Origin: Candidatus Hadarchaeota archaeon
GTDB taxonomy: Archaea > CAYQAE01 > CAYVLA01
DNA: 64,000 nt
Assembly: GCA_964621445.1 (NCBI GenBank)
Contig: CAZUNO010000013.1
Location: forward strand, 1 to 64,000
Direction: 5' to 3'
Part shown: piece by piece, positions 18,074 through 28,292 of the stretch
How the letters are laid out: every line of letters begins with the position of its first letter
Numbering within the stretch: position 1 is the stretch's first letter
Translations under genes and position numbers: made by a program
Notes under the pieces: model-generated
Seen by the model: the letters and a program-made list of their open reading frames with translations, nothing else
What the model was told of the DNA's origin: nothing
The model's database searches: none

Positions 18074-21000
18074 ATGAGAAACGGAAGATCTAAGTGGATG
18101 AAACGGGAATCGGGAATCATGGAGCAGCCCCGCCGCGGCATAAAAATCCCGGGCCATGTGATTAGTTCACTAATGCTGGTCATTATATGGCTATGGGCAA
18201 CCCAGTGTATCTCGGCCTATGAGGGCCACCTTCCACTCAACGGTGCATTCGAACGCCAGACACCATCAGGTACCCCATTGAACTGGTCCCTAAACACAAT
18301 TCCAACCGGCGATGACTCGCGGACACTGGCAAAACTCTCTACGGTATCCTACAAAGGTGAAATGTCCCTGAAAATTACCAGTACGGGGAACGGTACATCT
18401 ATGGCCATTCACGAGAGCGAGATTGGTTTCCCGGTGCTTAGAATGCTTCACCTGGGAACGGCCGAGTATCACTATAAGGTCCTTTCCTCGGAATTGGCAG
18501 GGAAAAATCTGGAGTTTAGGCTGGAATTACTTGATGGAGAGGGAAATCTGGTCCACCAGGTGATACACTCCCCTCCAGCTGAACATGTGGGAGATGGCCA
18601 GTGGCACAGGGATACCTTTAACGTTGATATCCTGCAATCTCGCAGAGCAAAGTTCATAAGAATCTCATTCTCGGTGAACGGGGAAGGAGAAATTGGGCCC
18701 GGTTCATGGCTCATCGATGAGGTGCAGGTGTATGACCGTCCAGCATCCATTCTAATGGAAAAGGCCACCCTCCAGAAGGGGGTTTTCAGTCCAAGTCAGA
18801 CCATCCGGGTCCAGCTCGTGGTTGAAAATCAAGGGGGCGCATTCTACTATGACCTACACTCTAAAATGGAAGTACCAGAGGACCTTACCGTGTTGGGCAG
18901 CCCGGAGAAATCCATTAACGTTGTAGAGCCGGGGGTTGACTATACGATAAACTGGTCACTATCGGCCAGCCAAGAGGGAATATACCAGGTCGAAATCAAT
19001 TCCTGGAGTCCACTAAACGAAAGCCTCCACGACCCCATGATTCTTGTCATATCCTCTGCCGATTTCTCCCATCCGGTTACCCGGCCCCCGGAGGCCAGGT
19101 GCACTATCTCCGAGTCGGAGATAGCCCTGGAAAATGAACATCTACGCATCGTTTTCCCCAGAACAGAGGGTGGCATGCCTCTTTTCGCAATCCAGAGTTG
19201 GAATGGCTCCTGGTTCACCATGGGAGTCGCTACCCCAATTGGACATGCCTTGAACCTACCTTCGGCAGGGCTTAGGGAACTGATTCTCCTCACACCAAGC
19301 CAATTCAAATCGGGAAATGAAACGGATGGTACCTGGTTAACTCTCAGCGGCAGCACAAAGGACTCTGAAGGCGTCAACTGGGACTTCGATTATTATTTCC
19401 ATCTTAATTCTTCCGGAACCCAGGTAGAAATGGAACTCCGAGTGGTTCCAAGTTCCAACAGAACGCTTCTCCGTCTTTCAGGTCCTCGTTTACTTGCAGG
19501 AGAAACCAGTTTTGGGGGACGAAGGAACCAAGGCCTTTTCCCGGGTATAGAATACCTTTTACCCAATGAGAGGTCCTCAGGGACCGATTTCGTCGACCCG
19601 CCGGATAATATGAGAATAGTTCCCCACCCGCTCAAGATCACGGCGCCGCTAATGGTAATTGAAAATGAGGGAAATGCGGTCGGCATGTTCTGGGATCCGC
19701 TCCAGGCCTGGGATGGCGAGAATTCATTGCCCTGTGCCAAGTACATCTCACCCAATTGGGTAAACAAGCAGGATAACCACCTGATGTCCATCTTCGCGCC
19801 CTCCATCCCGCGATGGGTCAACGAGAATGAGGATCAGGCCGAGAATCCATATGATTTCGATGATCCAATAATACTCGAGATGAGCATATTTGCTCGATCA
19901 AATACCAGCGTGATTGATACCTACCAGTGGTGGCTAGAGCAACATGGAACCCCCGAACCCCCCCAGAAGCCCAGAAGCTGGCAGGAGACCTTTGATCTCT
20001 GCACCACGTGCTACAATGATATATGCTGGGTTAGCGAGGACAAGGCCTGGAAACATACCCACCTCGACGACCCGAAATGGATATTCTGGGACCCCATGGT
20101 AGCAAATGCACTTTGGCATCATTCTGCCTATACGGATAACGCTACACTGAGATCTCAAATAAGGGATCAGGTTAACGAGGCGCTGGAGGCCAGGAAATGG
20201 AGGAACTCGGACGAGGACCTTGCCCTGCACATAGGTGGTTTGGAACGAGCCCTCAACTCAAAATACGGATGGGTGGCCTCACTTGCGGACTCCCAGAACC
20301 CGGATGGTTCCTGGCCATACACCGGCAAGGGGTCCCTGGGTGAGACGGGGGATACCTCCTCCGGCTGGGTGGCCAGCAAGGCGAGATCGTTGCTCAAGTT
20401 TGGAAGGATAACCGGGGATCAGGAGGCCATAAGGACAGGATTTAAGGCCCTTGATTACCTGGATTCCGAACTTAGGCCCGAGGGAGCACAGACCTGGGAA
20501 CTCCAGCTCCACGTCCCGGATATCCTGGCTTCTTCTTACATATTGGAGTGCTACCTAGAGGCCTACGAGATATCCGGAAAGCCAAAATACCTTGAAAAGG
20601 CAAGGTACTGGGCTCTCACCGGCTTGCCCTTCGTATACATGTGGAACCCTACCGAAAGGCCCATAATGAGATATGGGTCCATACCCGTCTTCGGTGCAAC
20701 CGCATATACCCATCCATGGTTCGGCATTATAGTACAGTGGAATGGCCTGGACTACGCGTATAACCTCTACAGGCTCTCCCAGTACGACGATTCGCTCCCC
20801 TGGCATAGGATAGCCGAGGGTATTACCGTGTGCGGAATGCAGATGCAGAGGTACCCCGGCGGGCCCCACGATGAGATGTTGGGGATGTATCCCGACGCTT
20901 TCAGCGCCGTTCTGGGCACGGATCCCTATTACTTCGATATTAACCCTAGATTCATATCCCTCTGCGCATTTGCGCTAAGCGGCAGGGATGAGACCACGCG

Positions 21001-21802
21001 GACCAGGATAATCGAGGTTGATGGACGAACTGTGCACTTCAACACCGTCGGTAACCTGACCCAGGTTGGCCAGGAGGAGAACGGCTTTCACTTCAAGGTC
21101 CAATACCCCCAGGGGGATGTCTCCTATTCTCTGGTCAGTTGCATCTCCAAACCCTCCAAGGTTACCCTAAACCACCAGACGCTGCCCCCGGCAACCGAGC
21201 TTTCAAAGGTAGAGCAGGGGTGGAGATACCTCCCGGAGGGGGTACTTCTACTGAAGATAAACCACACCCGAGAGGACCTAATAGATATCCAGGGGTCCAG
21301 GGCCATCACCCACCTGCGCTTCTCATCAAACTCCACCTGGGAATTCCCGGCATCCAATCAGGGATGGGGAGAGCCTAACATGCTCGAGCCCTTGTCCGTC
21401 TCGGAGGGTAAAATCCAGGCGAGATCCACGGGGAATGACCCCTTCATCCTGGGACCATCAATTAGGCTGAGGGCCAGCCATGATTGTACCGCACGTATAA
21501 ACATGAGCATATCTAGGGGAGAGCGAGCCCAGCTGTTCTGGACAAGAAGCGATTCCAAAATGTACTCGGAATCCAAAAGCATATCATTTGACATTGTGGC
21601 CGATGGTAATTTCCATGAGTATATCCTGGATCTTGGAGAAAACCAGGAATGGAGCGGGGTCATAAGGGGCTTGAGGCTCGACCCCACGGACTCAACCGGC
21701 GCCGAAATATCGATAGATTCCATTAGAATACCCGAGCCCTGCCTGATTCCAGCCATCCTGACCCTTCTTTCACTCTTGATCAGAGGTTGTTACCGTGGCT
21801 GA
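18074..21802 (+). CDS. Large secreted multidomain protein (CBM-like, Ig-like and helical-barrel regions) with C-terminal IPE-TM-basic tail
   Basis: Signal-peptide-like LMLVIIWLWATQCISA; QNPDGSW helical-barrel motif; C-terminal DGNFHEY...W.G.I..LRLDP; ends RIPEPCLIPAILTLLSLLIRGCYRG. Exact start uncertain. Confidence 0.75.
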   Translation: MRNGRSKWMKRESGIMEQPRRGIKIPGHVISSLMLVIIWLWATQCISAYEGHLPLNGAFERQTPSGTPLNWSLNTIPTGDDSRTLAKLSTVSYKGEMSLKITSTGNGTSMAIHESEIGFPVLRMLHLGTAEYHYKVLSSELAGKNLEFRLELLDGEGNLVHQVIHSPPAEHVGDGQWHRDTFNVDILQSRRAKFIRISFSVNGEGEIGPGSWLIDEVQVYDRPASILMEKATLQKGVFSPSQTIRVQLVVENQGGAFYYDLHSKMEVPEDLTVLGSPEKSINVVEPGVDYTINWSLSASQEGIYQVEINSWSPLNESLHDPMILVISSADFSHPVTRPPEARCTISESEIALENEHLRIVFPRTEGGMPLFAIQSWNGSWFTMGVATPIGHALNLPSAGLRELILLTPSQFKSGNETDGTWLTLSGSTKDSEGVNWDFDYYFHLNSSGTQVEMELRVVPSSNRTLLRLSGPRLLAGETSFGGRRNQGLFPGIEYLLPNERSSGTDFVDPPDNMRIVPHPLKITAPLMVIENEGNAVGMFWDPLQAWDGENSLPCAKYISPNWVNKQDNHLMSIFAPSIPRWVNENEDQAENPYDFDDPIILEMSIFARSNTSVIDTYQWWLEQHGTPEPPQKPRSWQETFDLCTTCYNDICWVSEDKAWKHTHLDDPKWIFWDPMVANALWHHSAYTDNATLRSQIRDQVNEALEARKWRNSDEDLALHIGGLERALNSKYGWVASLADSQNPDGSWPYTGKGSLGETGDTSSGWVASKARSLLKFGRITGDQEAIRTGFKALDYLDSELRPEGAQTWELQLHVPDILASSYILECYLEAYEISGKPKYLEKARYWALTGLPFVYMWNPTERPIMRYGSIPVFGATAYTHPWFGIIVQWNGLDYAYNLYRLSQYDDSLPWHRIAEGITVCGMQMQRYPGGPHDEMLGMYPDAFSAVLGTDPYYFDINPRFISLCAFALSGRDETTRTRIIEVDGRTVHFNTVGNLTQVGQEENGFHFKVQYPQGDVSYSLVSCISKPSKVTLNHQTLPPATELSKVEQGWRYLPEGVLLLKINHTREDLIDIQGSRAITHLRFSSNSTWEFPASNQGWGEPNMLEPLSVSEGKIQARSTGNDPFILGPSIRLRASHDCTARINMSISRGERAQLFWTRSDSKMYSESKSISFDIVADGNFHEYILDLGENQEWSGVIRGLRLDPTDSTGAEISIDSIRIPEPCLIPAILTLLSLLIRGCYRG

Positions 21803-23396
21803 AAACCCCCGCATTCTGGTTAATCAGGTCGGATATGACCTCGGTAAGGAGAAGAGCTTCCTGGTACAGCTCGAGAAGAGAGGACAGGAAACCGAGTTCC
21901 AGGTAATCGACCTGGGCGGTGAATTATACCTTACCGGAACTGCCCGCGATGTGGGGGAAGTAGACAAGTGGGGGCAGTGGTATCTGAGAGGGGACTTCAC
22001 TCCGCTTCAGAGGGAGGGAAAATTCATGGTCACCATGGAGATAGAAGGTCAGACCCTGAATTCATTTCCCTTTCAAATATCGGAGGATCTTCTCCTTAAC
22101 GAAACAGGTAGGCCGGCCTCGGACTTTTTCCGCTACCAGAGATGCGGGTGCCGGGTTGAAGGGTGGCACGGTTCGTGCCACCTGGATGATGGAAAAATGG
22201 GGAACGGATCCCATATCGATGTTTCGGGGGGCTGGCACGATGCCGGTGATTATAACAAATACAACGGTTTTACACCTCTATCGGTTCTGGCCCTGACCTG
22301 GAGCTACCAGATGAAGCCGGGGTATTTCGGGAAATGGAGAGCCAATGAGGGCATTCCCACTATCATAGAAGAGGCATTATGGGGTGCCCAATGGCTGATG
22401 AAGATGCAACCCGAACCCGGTAAGCTTATGGATAGGGTTTTCTCCGGGTATTCCTTCTGGGGTAGACCGGAGAACGAGACCGATAATATCTGTGAAAATG
22501 AGGACGATAGACCTATAGAGGGCGAGGCAGGGGCATGTCCAGTTGCCCTGGCGGCTGCATCACTTTCCAAACTTTCTTCCTGGAGGCCGGATGATGGCTA
22601 TCTCCAGGCGGCAAGGAATCTGTGGATGAGAAATAGGGAAAGGGAGAGGTTCCTGCAATCCGAAGCGGCCATGATCATCTGCGATCTGGCCCTAAAAGCC
22701 TCGGGGAGCGGAGATGTCTATATGGAGGATATGGAAAAAAGAATAGCCTTCATATTGGATTCACAGCAAAGCGAAGGATGGTTTTCAACCGGGCAGGGAG
22801 AACCCTTCAACTCCATAACCCAGATGGGACTTCCGGCAGCTGCCTTAGCCCAGTCGGCCCTGGAAACCGAAATAATGAAAGCGGATATCGAGAAGGGATT
22901 ATCAAGATACTGGAATTTCTCCTTGAAGATGGCAAGTAACCCCTTTCGGATATCGACCCTCTACCATGGTGATGGCTCAACCTCATTCTTCCACAGGTAT
23001 CCTGATCAGGAAAGCTGGTATGTGGGCCAGAACAGCCAGTATCTATCCCAGGCCTGGGCCGCGCTATTGGCCCATAGATTAACTGGTAACTCCAGATACA
23101 GGCGTTACGCTCTATCCCAGATTAACTGGGTCCTGGGCATGAATCCCTTTGGCCTGTGCATGATGGAAGGTGAAGGCCGGGCCAACCCGGGGGTATACCA
23201 CCACCGTTACGACACCATACCAGGAAGAAACAGGGGCGCGGTTCCCGGATGTATACCTAATGGTATAGTCCGGTTATCTCCTGAAGAGGATATACCCCGG
23301 TTCGATCTCGGGGTTTCCGGGAGGGAGGATTACCACAGCAATGAGCCCTGGCTTCCCCATAACGCCTTCTACCTCCTGGCGGTATCCCATCTATAA
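21795..23396 (+). CDS. Glycoside hydrolase family 9 protein
   Basis: ILVNQVGY, DVSGGWHDAGDYNKY, LGMNP, HHR, DYHSNE; no evident signal peptide. Confidence 0.82.
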   Translation: MAENPRILVNQVGYDLGKEKSFLVQLEKRGQETEFQVIDLGGELYLTGTARDVGEVDKWGQWYLRGDFTPLQREGKFMVTMEIEGQTLNSFPFQISEDLLLNETGRPASDFFRYQRCGCRVEGWHGSCHLDDGKMGNGSHIDVSGGWHDAGDYNKYNGFTPLSVLALTWSYQMKPGYFGKWRANEGIPTIIEEALWGAQWLMKMQPEPGKLMDRVFSGYSFWGRPENETDNICENEDDRPIEGEAGACPVALAAASLSKLSSWRPDDGYLQAARNLWMRNRERERFLQSEAAMIICDLALKASGSGDVYMEDMEKRIAFILDSQQSEGWFSTGQGEPFNSITQMGLPAAALAQSALETEIMKADIEKGLSRYWNFSLKMASNPFRISTLYHGDGSTSFFHRYPDQESWYVGQNSQYLSQAWAALLAHRLTGNSRYRRYALSQINWVLGMNPFGLCMMEGEGRANPGVYHHRYDTIPGRNRGAVPGCIPNGIVRLSPEEDIPRFDLGVSGREDYHSNEPWLPHNAFYLLAVSHL

Positions 23397-24404
23397 GGGC
23401 AGGTCGATCCTACATCCTTCCTGGCTCGCTCTTATCGCGCCCAGACTCAGCTCGACGGACCGCAGACCTTCATTGACATCGACGGCCGTTGGCTGCCCGA
23501 TCTCCACGGCTGATAGAAATGCCCTTTCCTCAGCCACGTAGGGATTATTCTTTCCCTCGAATTCTGCCTTATGATCCTTCCACTCGATGATTACTTTGCT
23601 TGAATCATCGATATAATGCATGTCCCTGGACACCACCTCCAACCCCGCCCGAAAGGAAACGGAGGCATTGGTGGACGTAACCACTCCAAGCGCCCCGCTC
23701 TTGAACCTCATAAGGACGGCTGACACGTCCTCGATATCATATCCCTCGATATCGGTGTTTATCTCCGTGGCCAGCAGAGCCTGTAGGGACTCGACATCTC
23801 CTCCCAGCCATCTTGCCTGATCGAAGATGTGGGTGGTCTGTTCAGTGATCTGGCCTCCGCTCTTGTCCCTCTGGATCCACCAGGGTACGTGGTAAATTCC
23901 ACCCCACCACCTGCCCTGGACCAGGGCGATGGGCCCTCCTTTCTGGAGGAGTAGGTCCCTAGCCTCGACCTTTCCATCATCAAATCGCCAGTGATAACCC
24001 ATTTGATTGATTATTCCGGTCTTTTGGCAGATATCAACAATTTCCTTGGCCCTTTCGATTTTTGAATCCAGGGGTTTCTCCACAAATACCGGTAAGCCCC
24101 TCTCCGCCGCGGCCCTAATGGGCTCCAAATGAACGAAGGGAGGCGTGCAGATAAAGACCGCCTCCAGGTCCTCATTATCCATCATCTCCTCGTAATCTGT
24201 ATAACGATTGGGGATGTCAAACTTGTCCTGGATGCCCGATGCCTTTTCATCATCCAAGTCGGATATGGCAACCAGCTCGGCACCATCCATTTCCCGCAAG
24301 TTCCTGACGTGACTACTACCAATTCCTCCCACGCCTATAACGGCAACTCTCAAATAATCACTTATTAAGGTCGATGGGGTGCCATTTGAAAAATGCTCCA
24401 TCAC
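23391..24404 (-). CDS. Gfo/Idh/MocA-family oxidoreductase
   Basis: GVGGIG..H, TPPFVH, VEKP, SGG...EQTTH.FD. Confidence 0.9.
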   Translation of the reverse strand: MMEHFSNGTPSTLISDYLRVAVIGVGGIGSSHVRNLREMDGAELVAISDLDDEKASGIQDKFDIPNRYTDYEEMMDNEDLEAVFICTPPFVHLEPIRAAAERGLPVFVEKPLDSKIERAKEIVDICQKTGIINQMGYHWRFDDGKVEARDLLLQKGGPIALVQGRWWGGIYHVPWWIQRDKSGGQITEQTTHIFDQARWLGGDVESLQALLATEINTDIEGYDIEDVSAVLMRFKSGALGVVTSTNASVSFRAGLEVVSRDMHYIDDSSKVIIEWKDHKAEFEGKNNPYVAEERAFLSAVEIGQPTAVDVNEGLRSVELSLGAIRASQEGCRIDLPL

Positions 24405-24703
24405 CTGCGAAGGTATCTAACCGAGGAGACAGTTCCCCAGGAAAGCAATAATACCCCAGGAATAACCGCCGCAATCCACAGGTAGAAGTTTTCCCAGGTC
24501 TGGTCCATCTCCCTTTCTAGCTGTTCCCTGAAGGCCGGGGGCCAGCGGGGATCGATGGTTTGATTCATCCTCATCACGTTCCTGGTAGCGGTAACCGCCT
24601 GGGGAACCACCATTGCCAGGTATATGACTCCCAGCGCCATGGCAATCATGCCTTTCAAAAGAGGACGACGGGAGCGGGCAAGAATGAATTTCAGTTTACT
24701 CAC
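24401..24703 (-). CDS. Small hypothetical membrane protein (2 TM)
   Basis: Two hydrophobic segments; stop codon overlaps the downstream start. Confidence 0.55.
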   Translation of the reverse strand: MSKLKFILARSRRPLLKGMIAMALGVIYLAMVVPQAVTATRNVMRMNQTIDPRWPPAFREQLEREMDQTWENFYLWIAAVIPGVLLLSWGTVSSVRYLRR

Positions 24704-24721
24704 TATGATTGGGGCAAACGC

Positions 24722-25075
24722 ATGCTCTCAAATATCTTTTACCCCACATCCGGTAATCAAGGGGGTTCATTTTTCAGCCAGGAGAGCAAGGAGAAAGAGA
24801 TCAAATTGGGAGATGAGGAGGAAGGCGGCGAAGCCAAGACCAGCGAGGGAAACCAGCTACCTCCGATAGATCTGGAAGATGCTGGTGTAGAGGAATATGA
24901 TGCCGATGAGAGCACGGCCTACCTCGCCTACCTCCTGCGCGAGGCGGAAATCACCAGCAGGAGACTCGAGAGCATCAGCCGACAGGTAAGAATCATGATT
25001 GCCCTGCTGGCCCTAAATATCATAGTGCTCATAATATACTGGCTTGATATCACCGGGGCAATCAACTTTATTTAG
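24722..25075 (+). CDS. Hypothetical acidic protein with C-terminal TM anchor
   Basis: Acidic region, short coiled segment, C-terminal IMIALLALNIIVLIIYWL; start uncertain. Confidence 0.5.
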   Translation: MLSNIFYPTSGNQGGSFFSQESKEKEIKLGDEEEGGEAKTSEGNQLPPIDLEDAGVEEYDADESTAYLAYLLREAEITSRRLESISRQVRIMIALLALNIIVLIIYWLDITGAINFI

Positions 25076-25148
25076 GCAAGTCGTCGGAGGAACGATACAT
25101 TCAAAACCGACCCCTTAGAGGGCAGAGAAAATTTGGGTGGTACCAGAG

Positions 25149-26171
25149 ATGAAGAAAAAGAAGGTAAGATGCGGCGTTATTGGGCTAGGCTTCATTGGGA
25201 CCAGAGTTCACGTGCCGAGTCTCAGGGGCATAAAGGGAGCCAAGCTGGTAGCTGTGGCCGACCTCGAGGAGAAGAGGGTAAAAAAGGCCGCCAAGAGAGG
25301 AGCGAAGGGCTACCATGATTACAAGGAGGTTCTTGAAAACCCTGATATAGATGCGGTGTGGGTTTGCCTACCAAATTTCCTACATGCAAAGGTAACCCTG
25401 GAAGCCCTGGAAGCCGGAAAACACGTCTTCTGCGAGATGCCCCTGTCTAACAAGGTTGAAGAGGCCAAGGAGGTTGTCTCCAAATCGAAAGAGGTGGACA
25501 GATTTGCAGTACCCGGGGCCACATTCAGGTACACACCGAACTTCAATAAGATGAAGAAACTGATGGATTCGGGCGAGGTTGGTAAACCAACGATGTTCTA
25601 CGGTCGGGAATACATAGCACCTTCCATACTTGCCGATCAGTGGCCTGCCGGTAGTTGGGCCTGGGATAAGGAGAAGAGCGGGGGCACTAGCTTCACCCTC
25701 TCGGTGTGGGCCATAGATCTCATGAGGTGGCTGACCGAAAGCGAGGTTAAGAGGGTCTATGCCTCGATACAGCAGATCGAACAGCCCGAATACGGCGGTG
25801 TAACGCCCGAGAACTGCCAATTACACCTAAACTTCGAAAATGGGGTGAGCGGGGTGCTGGAGAGGAGTGAAAACAGTCCTCGATCCATGGAGGGTTCTGA
25901 GCTTCGGATGCTTTTCGATGATAACAGAGCGATCTACGCCAAGGAAAACGATATAATCGAGCTACACCAGGAGGAATACGATAAGAGGGTCTGGAAGTTC
26001 TTCTCAACGGGAACCCGTGTATGGGGGCACCAACAGCTGGACCGGCATTTCGTTAATTGCATCCGTAAGGATCAGACCCCCTCGGTTACCGCCGTGGATG
26101 GTCTGAGAGGTGTAGAGATAGCCACGGCCATGGTAGAATCAGCCGATACCGGACGAGCAATCGAGCTATGA
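25149..26171 (+). CDS. Gfo/Idh/MocA-family oxidoreductase
   Basis: GLGFIG..H, PNFLH, CEMP (EKP variant), SGG. Confidence 0.88.
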   Translation: MKKKKVRCGVIGLGFIGTRVHVPSLRGIKGAKLVAVADLEEKRVKKAAKRGAKGYHDYKEVLENPDIDAVWVCLPNFLHAKVTLEALEAGKHVFCEMPLSNKVEEAKEVVSKSKEVDRFAVPGATFRYTPNFNKMKKLMDSGEVGKPTMFYGREYIAPSILADQWPAGSWAWDKEKSGGTSFTLSVWAIDLMRWLTESEVKRVYASIQQIEQPEYGGVTPENCQLHLNFENGVSGVLERSENSPRSMEGSELRMLFDDNRAIYAKENDIIELHQEEYDKRVWKFFSTGTRVWGHQQLDRHFVNCIRKDQTPSVTAVDGLRGVEIATAMVESADTGRAIEL

Positions 26172-26219
26172 TCTCAAGCACGAAATCCCAATCGTACGAT
26201 GGGTAACCGGCGGGGCATA

Positions 26220-27038
26220 CTAGAGCAGGGGGTCCAGGATACGTTTAGCCTTCAGTATATCCTTCCTCTGTTGAGGTCCCTTTATCTCCCGTTCTATGGT
26301 GACCGGTCCCCCAAAACCCGCGCCTTTTAGGCGTCTCATTAGGAGTTCGAACTCCACCTCGCCCTCCCCCAGTGGCCTTTCATGACCCAGGTCCTCATCA
26401 CGATTCGGCCAAACACCGTCCTTGGCATGCATGCCCCTGACGTATTCGCCGAATATTTCCACTGCATCCAGAGGATTCGCCATCCCATACATTATAAGGT
26501 TGGCCGGGTCCAGGTTAACGCCCAGGTTGCCGGTGTCCACATCCTCTATGGTTCTCTTCAACGTGGAGGGCAACTCCTGGCCAGTCTCGAAACAGAAAAT
26601 CTGATCGTTGCCCTTGCAGTGGAGAGCTAATTCACGCATTGCATCCACGAAACCCGAATATATCGGATCCTGCTCATCATCCGGTATGAACCCTATATGA
26701 GAGGTTATGCTGTCTATCCCCATATCGCGGGCCAGATCCGAGAATTTCTTGGCAAGCTCCAGCCTCCTCTTCCTGTGTTTGGGAGGCACAAGGCCCATGG
26801 TCTCAGGTCCCCGGTTTAGATTGAATACCTGTCCCTCGAATAGTAGGAACAAGGAACTAATTCGGATGCCGGTCTTCTCCGCAGCCTCTTGAACCAGGTT
26901 GACATCAATCCTGTCCACCATCATTTCCGCAGTGCATGATAGCTGACAGGTAGGTATCCCAAGGTCAAGGACCTTCCGGAAACTCTTCAGGGGATCATCC
27001 GATATGCCTACTATTAGACCAAGATCCATTTTTGGCAT
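26220..27038 (-). CDS. Sugar phosphate isomerase/epimerase (xylose-isomerase-like TIM barrel)
   Basis: HIGFIP, FETGQE, NLDPANL, HAKDG, GEGEV, TIERE. Confidence 0.88.
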   Translation of the reverse strand: MPKMDLGLIVGISDDPLKSFRKVLDLGIPTCQLSCTAEMMVDRIDVNLVQEAAEKTGIRISSLFLLFEGQVFNLNRGPETMGLVPPKHRKRRLELAKKFSDLARDMGIDSITSHIGFIPDDEQDPIYSGFVDAMRELALHCKGNDQIFCFETGQELPSTLKRTIEDVDTGNLGVNLDPANLIMYGMANPLDAVEIFGEYVRGMHAKDGVWPNRDEDLGHERPLGEGEVEFELLMRRLKGAGFGGPVTIEREIKGPQQRKDILKAKRILDPLL

Positions 27039-27207
27039 AAGTCCACGCTCGATGCCCAATTGATAATGATATCCCATAAAATACTCGGAACGACTTTGGT
27101 CCTTCATTTCAACCTGCCTGAACTAGCAAAGATGCTTTCTTTGCTTATCTTCATAATTGCCATAAATACATAAGACAAGAGCAGCAACGTCCCGTTTGGG
27201 CTGGAAT

Positions 27208-28197
27208 ATGGCGATGGAAACGGACAGGACCATCATTCCCCTTATGGCTCTGGTTTTTCTAGCACCCCTTATAGGGGAGGGCATATCCACATCGACCCCG
27301 GTTCATAAATTCTTCCAGCCCGTGACCCTCCTCTTGTTGATTGCTCTCTACGGATTTGGTGCCCTCCAAATCCGGGAGTCAATGGTTCGGTGGGGAAAGC
27401 AGGGAAATGCCTGGCGTTTCTTGCTTATCATGGGTGCGGCCTATGGGATAGTCGAGGAAGCTCTCTATCTCTTGAGTTTCTTCAATCCCCAATGGGTTGA
27501 TCTGGGTCCCATGACCAATTACGGTCGTTGGTTAGGAGTCAATTGGCCCTGGGCATTTGAATTGACCATCTTCCACGCCATCTATAGCATCACAATTCCC
27601 ATTCTCGTAGTCCACACTATATTTCCATCCCTGCGGGATCGACCTTGGCTATCTGAGAAAGGCGACTTCACCTGTTTAGCCGTATTTCTCGTTAGTGGGC
27701 CTCTCTGGCTATTGTTCGTGACCGATAAGTACGGATATATCACGGGGGCAGCTCAATATGGCGGATTTCTCCTCCTCGTATTGGTTCTGATTGCCATAGC
27801 ACGAAGGGGAATCGGGGAAGATAATGGAACCCGACAGACCTCATCCCGGCCTAGACCAGCTTTTCTCTTCATGTCGGGCTTGATATGGGCGATTTTATTC
27901 TTCCTGATCTTCGCCTGGCTTGTTCCTACCTGGGAGCAGCCCCCTATATTTTCCATGACCGGCTTATTTGGAATCACCCTCCTTTGGGTGGTTCCAGTTG
28001 ATCGCTGGCTAACCGGCAATCCATTCCGGGACCACATAACCATGACCTCCGCCGGTCTGGGGGCACTCTCATTTCTGATCATATTTCTCCTCCTGGTGGG
28101 CGAACCCCTAAGCAAGATAATATTTGGCATTCTGGGAGTGGCTATCATCCTGGTCACGCTTCTGAAAATTGGGAAAAAAAGAGACCTTCCCGAATAG
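27208..28197 (+). CDS. Hypothetical polytopic membrane protein
   Basis: About 9-10 hydrophobic segments; YG..EE, SFFNP.W, YGRWLGVNW, FHA..SI motifs. Confidence 0.75.
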   Translation: MAMETDRTIIPLMALVFLAPLIGEGISTSTPVHKFFQPVTLLLLIALYGFGALQIRESMVRWGKQGNAWRFLLIMGAAYGIVEEALYLLSFFNPQWVDLGPMTNYGRWLGVNWPWAFELTIFHAIYSITIPILVVHTIFPSLRDRPWLSEKGDFTCLAVFLVSGPLWLLFVTDKYGYITGAAQYGGFLLLVLVLIAIARRGIGEDNGTRQTSSRPRPAFLFMSGLIWAILFFLIFAWLVPTWEQPPIFSMTGLFGITLLWVVPVDRWLTGNPFRDHITMTSAGLGALSFLIIFLLLVGEPLSKIIFGILGVAIILVTLLKIGKKRDLPE

Positions 28198-28292
28198 GGT
28201 CACCAAAGTGTAGATCGGATTCCAAGTAAAAATATGGGCAATGCCAAAATCAAACAAAAACAAATAAGGAGACCCCTGTTGATCTTGGCGCC

